Of a stretch of 41,998 bases of DNA, positions 25,013-37,230 are shown piece after piece. A model generated the notes under the pieces. The model saw only the letters and a program-made list of their open reading frames with translations, was not told the origin of the DNA and did no database searches. The translations under genes and the position numbers were made by a program. The number at the start of each line of letters is the position of its first letter. Position 1 is the first letter of the stretch. The stretch is from Octopus sinensis (Eukaryota): the NCBI RefSeq assembly GCF_006345805.1, contig NW_021835200.1:1-41998 (forward strand). Direction: 5' to 3'.

Positions 25013-25151
25013 TAAATATATATAATATATATATACATATATATATATATGTATGTATGTGTGTATGTATGTATGTATGTATGTATGTATGTATGTGTGT
25101 GTGTGTGTATTATACACATGCATGCATACGTTCATATATCTATATACATAC

Positions 25152-25204
<53 letters not shown>

Positions 25205-25478
25205 GTATGTATGTATAGGATGAATCATTCGGCTATTACTCTTATATTCGAGATAGTTCTCGGGCGATCGTTGCATGAGGTAACTCCCTGTTAGGGAGTT
25301 AAGGAGATGTTTGATAAATAAGCAGGTCCCTCAAGGAAATCCCAAATTAACAAACAAATAATTTTCTCCGTTGGTCTGCTAATGTTGATCAAGCATATAA
25401 GTTAGAGGTCATGCTGAGCTTTATAAAATATATTTGATAAAAAATGAATGATAAAAAAATACATGAATAATATATATT

Positions 25479-25645
25479 GGTGCAGGAGTGGTTGTTTTGT
25501 GAGAATCTTGCTTCCCAACCACCTGGTTTCGGGTTCAGTCCCACTGCGTGGTACCTCGGGAAAGTGTCTTGTACTGTAGCCTCGAATCAACCAAGACTTT
25601 ATCAGTGGATTTTGCAGACGGAAACCGGAAGAAGCCCGTCCAGTA
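25479..25645 (+). mobile_element. SINE family A, 5' half
   Basis: Head and CORE-like segment. Confidence 0.82.
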
Positions 25646-25660
25646 TAATATATAATAATG

Positions 25661-25727
<67 letters not shown>

Positions 25728-25886
25728 ATGAGGGAATATTATTCCAAACTTACAGGGAAAAATTCAATTTAGAAAACTAAATCAAATTCCACAAAATATA
25801 ATATATATATATAAATTAGAAAAAACCCACCTTTTATCAATTCAATTTTTTAAATTTATACATATTTCTTCTAACATTTTTCTAAT

Positions 25887-25939
<53 letters not shown>

Positions 25940-26266
25940 TACATAATATAAGTATTTGTGTGTGAGAGAGTGGTTGCAAAATTTGTGTATATAAGGTCTG
26001 TGTGCGTGTGGAATATGAATTTACCAATCTTCTAAATATTCCCTACTGACTTTTGTTTCTTGTTGTTGAGAAGTCATATCCATTCTTCCGAGTTCCTCTT
26101 TTCTTTCTTTCATTTTTGTTTTTCCTTACATTGTCGGAGCAATAGCGACGTTGCTGGTGTAGCTACTGGTCCCTACACGTAGGTTCATATGTCATACATT
26201 CTTACATTCTTACATACATACATACATGCATACATATACACATACATACATACATACATACATACA

Positions 26267-26299
<33 letters not shown>

Positions 26300-26329
26300 T
26301 TTAGTCATTATTTTATTTGACTAATTTTT

Positions 26330-26810
26330 ATCGAATTTCTATTTCAGAAAATAACAATGACAGGCGCTATGCTTACTAATGAAATGAAAAGGCATGCTAT
26401 GATTGTGGCTTTGAAGGCTAAGCATGGTGATTTAAAAATTTCTCATTTTCTGAAATTTGCCAGATTTTTTGTTCACAAGATTCGGTGTGAGGTAGGCATT
26501 CCAAACGCTCTAATTCTATCAGGACTCTTGAATTTATTCACGAAGTTAAGTAAAACATTGAAGACAATCTAGGAAAATCTAGGAGATCAATTGCAAACAA
26601 ATATGGTGTCTCAGAAGAAACAATCCGAAATGTTGTGCATGAAGACATCAGATACAAATCTTACGTCATGAGAAGAGGTCAATTCATGTCAGAAAAAACA
26701 AAAGAACAAACATAAAAGTCCATCAGAAGATGGTGTTTTTTTCTCTCAGATGACAAAAACTTTGACCAGGATCAGAAAACTAACAGAAGAAATGACTAAT
26801 GGAGTAGGCG
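26330..26810 (+). pseudogene. maT/DD37D-like transposase, 5' part, fragmented
   Basis: MKRHAMIVALKA.., KSRRSIA..VSE.TIRNVVHEDIRYKSYVMRRGQFMS, FFSDDKNFDQDQK.NRRND. Confidence 0.75.
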
Positions 26811-26811
26811 A

Positions 26812-27005
26812 AACAGGGACAAATGAAGAAGGGTAATATTCCTTGTGTCTTGTACTCTTTTTTTTGTCGTTGTTTGAAAAAAAGTCCGTTTCCATGTTTT
26901 TGTTTTTATATTTTCGTTTCTCATTGTGTTTAACGTTATTTTTGTGTCCTGTATCCATATATGCATCTATATATACATATAGATGTAGGTATTTACATAT
27001 ATGTA
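26812..27005 (+). mobile_element. Dispersed repeat family P1
   Basis: Homologous to 23082-23330; abuts the broken end of the maT remnant. Confidence 0.55.
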
Positions 27006-27055
27006 TGTATATATGCATATGTTTATATATTATTTTGTTATTATATATATATATA

Positions 27056-27205
27056 GGCGCAGGAGTGGCTGTGTGGTAAGTAGCTTGCTAGCCAACCACA
27101 TGGTTCCAGGTTCAGTCCCACTGCGTGGCATCTTGGGCAAGTGTCTTCTGAGTGCCTTGTGAGTGGATTTGGTAGTCGAAAACTGAAAGAAGCCTGTCGT
27201 TTATA

Positions 27206-27256
<51 letters not shown>

Positions 27257-27475
27257 GTGTGTGTTTGTGTGTCTGTGTTTGTATTCCTAGCATTGCTTGA
27301 CAACCGATGCTGGTGTGCTTACGTCTCCGTCACTTAGCGGTTCGGCAAAAAGTGACCGATAGAATAAGTACTGGGCTTACAAAGAATAAGTCCCGGGTCG
27401 ATTTGCTCGACTAAAGGCGGTGCTCCAGCATGGCCGCAGTCAAATGACTGAAACAAGTAAAAGAGTAAAGGAGTA
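27056..27475 (+). mobile_element. SINE family A, full length
   Basis: GGCGCAGGAGTGGCTGTGTGG head, microsatellite spacer, (AAAAGAGT)-type tail. Confidence 0.92.
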
Positions 27476-27484
27476 ATATATATA

Positions 27485-27522
<38 letters not shown>

Positions 27523-27529
<7 letters not shown>

Positions 27530-27733
27530 AGAGATGTACATTATTTACATTATTTATATTTGACGTATATTTGTCCTCATTTGTTTGATGTTAACACAAC
27601 TTTTTGGCTGACATACCCTTCAGTCTTCATCAGGTGTCTTGGGAGAAATTTTGAACCTGGGTTCTCATTCCTAAGTTATTTTTCGATGTTATTATTATTA
27701 TTATTATTATATTATTATTATTATTATTATTAT

Positions 27734-27774
<41 letters not shown>

Positions 27775-27957
27775 TTCAGGTCATTGCCTGGAATCGAAAT
27801 CGGAATTCAGGCAGTGACTTGAATAATAATAATAATAATAATAAATAATAATAATAATGAAAATAATAATATAATAATAATATAATAATATAATAATAAT
27901 AATAATAAATAATAATAACAATAATAATAAATAATAATAATAATAATAATAACAATA

Positions 27958-28016
<59 letters not shown>

Positions 28017-28213
28017 TAATAACAGTAATAATAGTAACATCGAAAAATACCTTAAGAATGAGAACCCATGTTCGAAATTTCTTCAAGACACCTGATGAAG
28101 GCTGGAGGGTATATCAGCCGAAGTGTTGTGTTAATAACAAACAAGATGAGGACAAATATCCGTCAAATGTAACTAATGTAAATGATGTACATAGTCCCTC
28201 ATCTCTTAAATAT
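27523..28213. mobile_element. Head-to-head inverted pair of an HHR-bearing short retroelement (about 690-bp foldback)
   Basis: 27523-27690 is the reverse complement of about 28035-28213; central 17-bp inverted repeat; CTGATGA cores at 28092-28098 and on the minus strand near 27627-27633. Confidence 0.8.
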
Positions 28214-28882
28214 AGAACTGTATATATATAGTATATATATGTATGTATGTGTGTGTTTTATTTATATGAGTGTGTGTGTACGTGTTTGTGTGTATGTCGA
28301 TAAACTTGGTTGTGTCCCAGCGAACACCTACCTCCACACATATGCACACTCGCGCGCGCGTACAGATGGCGGGCAAGCGGGAAGTAGGTCGCTTGATCTG
28401 AATATGGACGGACACACACACACACATACACACACACACACAGACACGCACACATATATATATGATACTTACACAGACAATCTTCAGTCCGTTTACGGAC
28501 GTCTGTGTGAATACATGCGTGTATCATATGGGATGAGCTTCAAAATTAATTGCTTTCCATTTATCAAATAGACTTAAAACGTCTCTCATATGTAATTGTG
28601 TGTACGTGCGCGTGTATATAATTCCGGGTATATACAGGCTACAAGTGTGCCGTTTGCCTTTCATTTTATTTTTTATTTATAATTTTACATTATTTTTTTT
28701 TGTTGTTTTCGAGTTTGTGTTCCTTATTCAGCTATTTAAACACGCATGAGTGCTTGTGATGTGTATACAGTCAAGCCTGCTTGAATGACTAGTCTTTTTT
28801 TAGACATAGGGGCGCGCGCATTAGAAGACATAAACCTACAAAGGTACTTATATGTGTGTGTATGTGTGTGTGCGTATGCGCG

Positions 28883-28922
<40 letters not shown>

Positions 28923-29026
28923 TCGCTCGCTTGCTCTGTTTGTCTATCTGTGCGTGTGTTCAAAATTTAAAGAGGTGCTTTAGCATGGCCGCAGTCTAAT
29001 GACAGAAACAAGTAAAAGACAAAAGA

Positions 29027-29074
<48 letters not shown>

Positions 29075-29080
29075 GTTATA

Positions 29081-29497
29081 GGCGCAGGAGTGGCTGTGTG
29101 GTAAGTAGCTTGTTTGCCAACCACATGGTTCCGGGTTCAGTCCCACTTCGTGGCGTCTTAGGTAAGTGTTTCTACTATAGTTCGGGCCAACCAAAGCCTT
29201 GTGAGTGGATTTGGTAGACGGAAACTGAAAGAAGCCCGTCGTATATATGTGTATATATATATATATGAGTTTGTGTGTGTGTGTTTGTGTGTCTGTGTTT
29301 GCCCCCTCCCCTTGCCAAACATCGCTTAACATCCGATGTTGCTGTATTTACTTCCCCGTAACTTAGCGGCTCGGCAAAAAGAGATCGATGGAATAATTAC
29401 TAGGCTTACAACGAATAAGTCCTGGGGTCGATTTGCTCGACTAAAAGGTGGTGCTCCAGCATGGCCGCAGTCAAATGACTACAACAAGTGAAAGAAT
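29081..29497 (+). mobile_element. SINE family A, full length
   Basis: As 27056-27475. Confidence 0.92.
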
Positions 29498-29522
29498 ATA
29501 TATGCTTCTATTTCTATATATA

Positions 29523-29892
29523 TCTTTATATATAAAAGTGAAGTTGTGTGAGTGTCTGTCTCCTACGATTTAGATTCCTAACTACTCCCACATTTTGCGG
29601 TGCAGTTTAACCAAAACCGGGTATCTTATAGTCATGATTCATAACGAGCCCTTCTGGGTATTAGCGCTCGTCTACGATGAGTCTACGATTTAAAAAAAAA
29701 TTTACCATCATTTTTTTCCATTTTAATGCATTTTTTTCGCTATTTTATAAGGGAAGTAACTCTCTAAAAATGTCTACGATGAGTCAACCATTTCTAATGC
29801 ATTTGTTTGCTATTTTTTGGCTATAACTCTCTAATAATGATTATATAGTTATTTCCCTTACAAACCCGAGCAACGCCGGGCAATACTGCTAG
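29523..29892 (+). mobile_element. Non-autonomous Helitron, 370 bp
   Basis: A|TC 5' end, GC hairpin CCCGAGCAACGCCGGG (29865-29880) 8 nt before CTAG|T, no TSD. Confidence 0.88.
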
Positions 29893-29997
29893 TACATATA
29901 TAAAATACATACACTCATATATGAATATACATCCATACGTACATGCAAAAAATGTCTGTGTGATGAGTTTATAAACAAATTGGCTTGCTTGTTTCTC

Positions 29998-30438
29998 CGA
30001 AAGGATGAAAGGTAAAGTCGACCTCGGCGAAGGTTGAACTCAGAACACAAAGACGGACGAAATATCGGGGTTTCCGCCAGCTCGTCTCCTTAAATACATC
30101 TAATTATTAACCTGTGTCTAAAGCGACCGTATTGCGGATGGAAGACGGGGTGTCGTGCGCTTGGGAGTCAGATTAACATAAGCCTGCTAGGTACAATTAT
30201 TGTTACTAATAATAAAATGTTGGAAATAAATAACCCTTTTACTATAGGCACAAGGTCTGAAAACTTGGCGGAGGGAAATGGTCGATTACATCGACCCCAG
30301 TACTCAACTGGTACTTAGCTTATCGACCCCTAAAGGATGAAAGGCAAAGTCGACCCCAGCGGAAATTGAAATCGGAACGTCTTTAAGACGAAATGCTGCT
30401 GAGCATTTTGTCCGGCGCGCTAACAATTCTATCGCCTT
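29998..30438 (-). mobile_element. Two family E SINE fragments (about 29998-30090 and 30235-30438)
   Basis: AAAGGATGAAAGG.AAAGTCGACC in both. Confidence 0.78.
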
Positions 30439-30519
30439 AGTGTTGGAAATAAATAACACACATACCACATGATCGACTCTCCCTTCGAAGACGGCATATG
30501 AATGTTCAGCTTTTTGCTG

Positions 30520-30761
30520 AACGGCATGCATAAATGATTTGTTTATAGCGGTCAAATGTTCGTGCCACACATCAGCTCATTCTCTCCATCAGATCGACGT
30601 TGTCTGAACAGGTGCACGGTGTTGCACGCATCAGGTGTCGAAATGATCGCATAGCCACGTGAGATGGTGGGTTTTGCTCAGGAACGCAACGCACCAACCG
30701 GTGTAGGAATTGAAATCACGACCGCTAAATCGTGAGTGCAACACTTTCACCACAAAGCCAC
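30520..30761 (-). mobile_element. SINE family D
   Basis: CCATCAGATCGA.G.TGTCTGAACAGGTGCACGGTGT shared with 23460-23714. Confidence 0.78.
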
Positions 30762-30782
30762 ACACATACACACACACACACA

Positions 30783-30936
30783 CGACGTACTTACAATTTT
30801 CGTCTACCAAATCAACTCACAGAAGTTTGGTAGGCCCAAAACTATAGCAAAAGACACTTGCAGAAGGTGCCACGCTGTGGGGCTGAAACTGGAACCTTGT
30901 AGTTGAGAAGCAAACTTCTTACCATACAGCCACTCG
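30783..30936 (-). mobile_element. SINE family A, 5' half (old)
   Basis: Diverged head homology. Confidence 0.75.
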
Positions 30937-31058
30937 AATAATGTTGTTTATTTATGATAAATTTGAGATTTCATATTCTCTTCGAGCATACTGTCACAAC
31001 ACTGTGTCTGCATACACAAACCCCCAAAATTTCCATTACAAAATAACTTTAAAATATC

Positions 31059-31516
31059 TTTCAGTTGTGAGGTATACTTGCCATCTCAATATGGCTAACC
31101 ACTAAGGGTGGCTGTTACTGTAGCTTATACCTCGTTCAGAGATTTATTATTGCTTGTATACACTTTTTCGAGATCAGTGACGTAGAGTTACTGGAAAAAG
31201 TATAATATTATTTGCATTGGGAACTTCTTTTCATCGAAAACCGGTGATTGTCGCACGCCGATGACAGGTCAAGACCCAGAAACTGTAGTCCGTGCGTATC
31301 ACTTAGGTTGATGAGGAAAGGATGACCTCCCTTTGCAAATACCATAAGGGCACAGAAAGTGTGCCTAAAGCCAGCTTGAGACGATGTTCTCCTGGGGCTA
31401 CAAGCTACAGTAACACCCACCCTTAGTGGTTAGCCATATTGAGATGGCAAGTATACCTCACATTGTCGTGCAGTTACTGTTTATACCTCGTTCAGAGATT
31501 TATTATATTTCAGTTG
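31059..31516. mobile_element. Unclassified element with interleaved inverted and direct terminal repeats
   Basis: 61-bp IR (31066-31126 / 31402-31462, one mismatch); 25-bp DR (31126-31150 / 31482-31506); flanking 9-mer TTTCAGTTG at 31059 and 31508. Confidence 0.7.
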
Positions 31517-31713
31517 ATATATGATGAAACACAATAAATAGCATAAGCTAATAATGTGGTTTTAGTGAGATTTGGTTGATATTTCTAGCAGTCGCGTGAC
31601 ACATATAGAACCGCTTTTGTAGTTTTGGTAGGAGATGTATAATATATCATTGTGTAGGAAAGAAATGAGACACAAGAGAGATAATGATGATGATGACGAT
31701 GACGATGATAATG

Positions 31714-31777
<64 letters not shown>

Positions 31778-32139
31778 GAGGTGCCGCATGCGCATCGAAC
31801 GGGCCAAGGAGCAGACGGTATTGCAGTTACATAGATCAGAGAAACAGAGGCCGTCATAGTAAGAGTCATGGCGGTGTTGGTGGTGGCGGTTGTGTAAGAG
31901 GTAGAAAAGAGAAGGATACGAGGAATTTTTAATCCATTCATGGAATCGTTTCAGATATAACCTGAAAATTCTGAAAGTTCAGTATTTTACAAAAATTCAA
32001 TTCGATTTCAAAGACATCAAAAGGATCTTGTCTCTTAGAAACCGGCTTCAGTTCTCTTAGACATCCTCAGATGAAAGAGAGAAGAAAGAGGAATACAGTC
32101 GGAACAAAAAGTATTCATTTCCATTTATGCAGGCATCTA

Positions 32140-32145
32140 TGTATG

Positions 32146-32177
<32 letters not shown>

Positions 32178-32680
32178 TGTATGTATGTATGTATGTATGT
32201 ATGTGTATGTATGTATGTATGTATGTGTGTATGTATGTATGTGTGTATGTATGTATGGATGTATGTATTTATGTATGCATGTATGTATGTATGTATGTAT
32301 GTATGTATGTATGTATGTATGTATGTATGTGTGTATGTATGTGTGTATGTATGTATGTATGTATGTATGTATGTATGTATGTATGTATGTATGGATGTAT
32401 GTATTTATGTATGCATGTATGTATGTATGTATTTATGTATGTATGTATTTATGTATGTATGTATGTATATATTTATGTATATATGTATGTATTTATGTAT
32501 GTATGTATGTATGTGTTTATGTATTTATGTATGTATGTATGTATGTGTGCGTGTATTTATGTATGTATGTATGTATGTATGTATGTATGTATGTATGTAT
32601 GTGTGTATGTGTGTATGTATGTGTGTGTGTATGTATGTATGTACGTATGTAAGAATGTATGTACGTATGTAAGAATGTAT
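32140..32680. repeat. (TATG)n microsatellite, about 540 bp
   Basis: Directly visible; source of the MYVC ORFs. Confidence 0.97.
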
Positions 32681-32857
32681 GTATGTTTGTATTTATGTAC
32701 GTACATATGTGCACTTATATGTGTGTGTATATATATATACGTGTGTGTGTGTGTGTGTGTGCATATATCAGCGTGTATATTTGCATCAACGCAAGTATGT
32801 ATATATATATATATATATATATAACTCGTTTTAAACTCGTACACACATACCCCGCAA

Positions 32858-32890
<33 letters not shown>

Positions 32891-33002
32891 GGGAGAGAGA
32901 GAGACTTATATGTATGAATGTATGTATGTATGTGTGTGTGTTTGCGGGGTATGTGTGTACGAGTTTAAATTTTCTTCTATCCATATAGGCAGGTATTTAT
33001 GT

Positions 33003-33061
<59 letters not shown>

Positions 33062-33149
33062 ATGTGTGTATGTGTATACGTACGTATCATTATCATGTAA
33101 TATAATTTTAGTAAAATAAACTCATGATTCCAATGAATATGTTGAATTG

Positions 33150-33330
33150 TTACCGAGTCGGACAAAGTGCTTAGAAGCATTTCTTTTGGCATTAGGTTCT
33201 AAGTTCAAAAACCGTCGAGGAGTACTTTACCCTTCATCCTTTCGGGGTCGATAAAATTAAGTATCATTCATGTACTGGCATCGAGCTGATCGACTAGATC
33301 CTACTCCAAAATTTCGGGACGTATGCATCT
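33150..33330 (+). mobile_element. SINE family E (diverged)
   Basis: CTTCATCCTTTCGGGGTCGATAAAATTAAGTA. Confidence 0.75.
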
Positions 33331-33334
33331 CGAG

Positions 33335-33645
33335 AAGTTGTTCCCGAAGTGAGCAATATTGCCCCTCCTGGGGCAGGTGGAAAGTTCCAAGGGCGCGTTG
33401 AAGAAAAGTGTGGTGATAATGGGGTAGTGATTCACGTAAAAAGTGGGGCGAGAACGGATAGCGCTTCACGTAAAAGCAGCAAAATTAGGGGTTCATTAAG
33501 TTAAGTTGCATTTGTGAAAAACAATTGCTTTGAATGTGCTTCAGAAAGAGGTCTATGTTTGTGATGATCAGTTGGGGTTGGGAGCACTAGGAATGTGGCC
33601 TGGATGTCAAGTGGGCAGCAACCCGAAGACGTTTGGGAACCACTA
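33335..33645. mobile_element. Decayed hAT-type MITE
   Basis: Ends AGTTGTTCCCGAAG and TTTGGGAACCACT resemble CAGTGGTTCCCAAA TIRs. Confidence 0.5.
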
Positions 33646-33696
33646 ATTTAGAAGAAAGGACTATTATTATTATTATTATTATTATTATCATTATTA

Positions 33697-34181
33697 TTGA
33701 GTGAGAGAGCAGTTCATGCCATCAAAGTGACACTGGGGTGTAAAATATACGAAGCCCAATATACCCATCATGACTACCCGTCTGACAAGGGTACACCAGG
33801 CATATGCATCACAACCATATGTGCGCGACATGGTGATCTCATATCAAGATAAACAGCACATGACCTTGCAGGTGGGGCCCAGTTAGAATTTTCTTCAGGT
33901 TGAGTAGCCCATCCCGCTCAAACGGTCCCTGAATAAGGGTTGCTTAAGGACGTTGAACGAAACACCCATGTTTCCAGAGGTGAATTATTCAAACCCCAAA
34001 GAATCCCTCTCAACACATGGCTATGATGCTCCCCCACTACTTCTGCTCGTGATCAGAGATTCACATATCGTCAGCTACTAAGGGACATGCTCAACTGGTT
34101 AAGGTCAAACAACTGACAAGCAAATCTGTGGTATTGAGCAGAATATTTGCTGTAGCCCATCTTTTATACCAAGACAAAACA

Positions 34182-34182
<1 letters not shown>
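33697..34182 (-). mobile_element. About 485-bp non-coding element embedded in (AAT)n, probably the 3' UTR of a non-LTR retrotransposon
   Basis: Complex sequence with sharp (TAT)n borders on both sides; class is inferred. Confidence 0.5.
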
Positions 34183-34277
<95 letters not shown>

Positions 34278-34299
34278 TTCTGTTACTTATTTTAGCCCG

Positions 34300-35395
34300 G
34301 AGCTCCCAAATCGTCTTTTGCAAAACAAACCTCGGCATCTTCAGTTCCATCGTTCTTCTTTATTGGTCAGAAACTTGAATGGTTATCAAAGCCAGAAAGA
34401 GTAATCTGCAGACGTTCGTCAACAAATGCCTGCGCTACAACTTCAAGATCTGGTGGCCGGAGAAAATTTCAAAGTGAAGACTGTGGAATAGAACGCACTG
34501 TACTCCCATTAATCAAGAAATTCTGGAAAGGAAATAAGGCTGGATTGGTCGTACTCTAAGGCAGGGGTCGGCGAACTAGGGTAAATTACCCCAAGTGGGA
34601 TAAAAATTAAATTCTTGCATTCTTGCGGGTAATGAAGACTCAATAGACATAAGCAAAATTATATGCGACAGAAATTTTTCTTTTGGCAACACTACATCTG
34701 ACCAATATAATGGACGTGTTTAGGAGACGTTATGCCAATTGAACCGCAAACAATTGCTAAGGCGTTGTCATCATTATTTCTCCAAAGCCAGAATTGAAAA
34801 AGCTTCTAGAAAAATCCATTTGTTTCATAATGAGGATATTAATTTATTTTATCGCATTTTAAAATACTTTTTATATTTATAATTGTATTCCCCATATAAA
34901 TAGATTCAAGAAACCTTTTGAATTAAAAAAAATCTATGATTTTTTTCTTTCAAATCAAGGGGGTAACGTCGACGTACATGAATATATTTGGAGGTAATTA
35001 GTTAAACAAGATCCCAGGCCCTTGCTCTATGGAGACCTCCAAGCAGCTCATACATACATACATACATGCATACATACATATATACATACATAGAAACATA
35101 CATACATACATACATACATACATACATACATACATACATACATACATACATACATACATACGTACATACGTACATACATACATACATACATACATACATA
35201 CATACATACATACATACATACATACATACATACAAACTAACCTGAAAGAAAGAGGAAAGCTGGACAAACTAAGAAGATCTGGAAAGAATGCAAGGATGAT
35301 GAAGCGAAAGCAATCTTTGTTTGAAATCAAGGAGGTGGCTCAAGATCGCTTCCACTGCTATGAAATAGTCGCGACCTTATGCTTCTCACAGAGTA
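34300..35395 (+). mobile_element. RTE-clade LINE 3' fragment, interrupted by a hAT MITE and a (CATA)n tract
   Basis: LLYWSET..LQTFVNKCLR..IWWPEKIS..GWIGRTLR|RPPSS, later EVAQDR..IVATLC. Confidence 0.8.
34562..35024. mobile_element. hAT (Charlie-like) non-autonomous element
   Basis: Left TIR CAGGGGTCGGCGAAC; 8-bp TSD CTCTAAGG / CTCTATGG; the RTE frame resumes after it. Confidence 0.78.
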
Positions 35396-35440
35396 ATGTG
35401 CATTTACTTAGTCACTTATACGTTTTATACATTTAACATA

Positions 35441-35763
35441 GTGAAGGCGCATGGCTCAGTGGCTAGAGTGTAGGGCTCACACTCATAAGGCAGTGAGTTT
35501 GATTCCAGGACCAGGCTGTGTGTTCTGTTCTTGAGCAAGGCACTTTATTTTACTTTACTCCAGTTCACTCAGCTGTAGAAATGAGTTGCGATGTTACTGG
35601 TGCCAAGCTGTATCGGATAACACCGGTGGCGTGGAGAGGGGAGGTTGGTATGCATGGGTGATTGCTGGTCTTCCATAACAACCATGCTCGAGCATGAATC
35701 TTGGATAGGAACTTTCTAGGTACAATCCCATGGTCATTCATGACCGAAAAGGGTCTTCACCCT
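35441..35763 (+). mobile_element. SINE family C (tRNA head plus CORE-like body)
   Basis: TGGCTCAGTGGCTAG A-box, GAGTTTGATTCC B-box, TTCTTGAGCAAGGCACTTTA. Confidence 0.82.
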
Positions 35764-35954
35764 ACATATATATATATATTTATACACACACACACACACC
35801 TATATATAGGAGTTATGAGAGGTAATAGTATAAATAAGACCCAAAGGTGTCAAGTAATTCTGAGTAAGTGTTATGGACAGATCATAGTTAAGCCCCAGGT
35901 TCGGTGATTATGCAAATGAGGAGTCCAACGCAGGTCATATATCAACACGTGTAT

Positions 35955-36290
35955 ATATAAAAAAATTTTCAAAATGAGATAAAAATCCAAGGCTGTAAAC
36001 TATTAGAAGTTACAAGGTACTGGAATCTTATATGTATACCATTCTGCTTAAATAATGGATCTACAGATGCAATATCCCTACATATATCACATCTATTTTC
36101 ATTCCTAAACTCCACTCTCTATTTCATATGTTATCTTGAATATCTATTGCTTAATCATTTTCTCATACCGTCTTCGATGAAGGGATATATAAAATATCCC
36201 GGAAACAGCTGTAAGTCCTATTTATAAATGTTCTAAAATCTTTCACAGCCTTGGATTTTTATCTCATTCTGAAAACTTATATATATATAT
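35955..36290. mobile_element. (TA)n-flanked element with inverted ends and an internal HHR-like motif
   Basis: 31-bp IR (35966-35996 / 36245-36275, one mismatch); HHR-like motif at 36170-36217. Confidence 0.6.
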
Positions 36291-36299
36291 ATATAATAC

Positions 36300-36415
36300 A
36301 ATTGGGACAAGAACACAAAACATCCAAATAGACGATACAAAAATCACGGACGGGTCATTCGAAGCCTTTAATCTTCAGTCAAGAACCGGATCATCCTCGC
36401 AATTTCGGCTACGAG
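36300..36415 (-). mobile_element. Dispersed repeat family P2 fragment
   Basis: Homologous to about 15775-15890. Confidence 0.55.
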
Positions 36416-36900
36416 CTGAGCTTGATAAGATTGTCCAACAAGTCAATCAAACATTATCAATATATGTAATCTCCATACACCATGAACCTCAAAAAACACG
36501 CAGTTTTACGAGAATAAACGACAACCCAGAATAGCGAAACCCCAAGATACAAAAGCTACACAGACAAACCTATCAAACATACACTCCCATACATACATCT
36601 GCTGCCTAACTGATATCACTATGGCTTCGCCACTATCGTTTCACCCCTCCCCACCCCCCACACACACATGCACACACTCACACACATATATAGAGATATA
36701 CACATACGTACACAAACGTACATGGATATGTTACAATTTTTCAAGGATACATTTGACAGCAGCTTCGAAGTTTCGGATTGTTTGCCGTTATTAGACAGTA
36801 GAAGAGGAATAAGCTCAAACTTCGAAACCTATCAACTTTACCTTTAAAAGTTTACTAAACACTTACTCTCTTAAACAATATTGAATAATCTTTCAGTTTA

Positions 36901-36984
36901 ATTGGGGTCGATTTGCTCGACTAAAGGCGGTGCTCCAGCATGGCCACAGTCAAATGACTGAAACGAATAAAAGAATAAAAGAAT
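36901..36984 (+). mobile_element. SINE family A, 3' tip
   Basis: GGGGTCGATTTGCTCGACTAAAGGCGGTGCTCCAGCATGGCC. Confidence 0.88.
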
Positions 36985-37017
36985 ATATAATTTCACGAAA
37001 ACATAAATATTGATATA

Positions 37018-37160
37018 CAAGGTGCGGTGAATAAACTGTCGTCTAAATTACGCAAAAATGAAAATAACACTGACATCTTATTTTAACAGATATATTTACC
37101 AAAATTACATAAAAATATCTTGAAATACTAAAGATTAAATTTAAGCAATAACATCGCAAG
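37018..37160. mobile_element. One end of a Tc1/mariner-superfamily element
   Basis: TA|CAAGGTGCGGTGAA resembles a TA|CAGGGTG-type TIR; partner end not seen. Confidence 0.4.
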
Positions 37161-37230
37161 TATCTTCTGCTTTAGCTCGGGGCCGACCAAAGCCTTACAG
37201 AGAAGACTGTAGTATATATATATATATATA

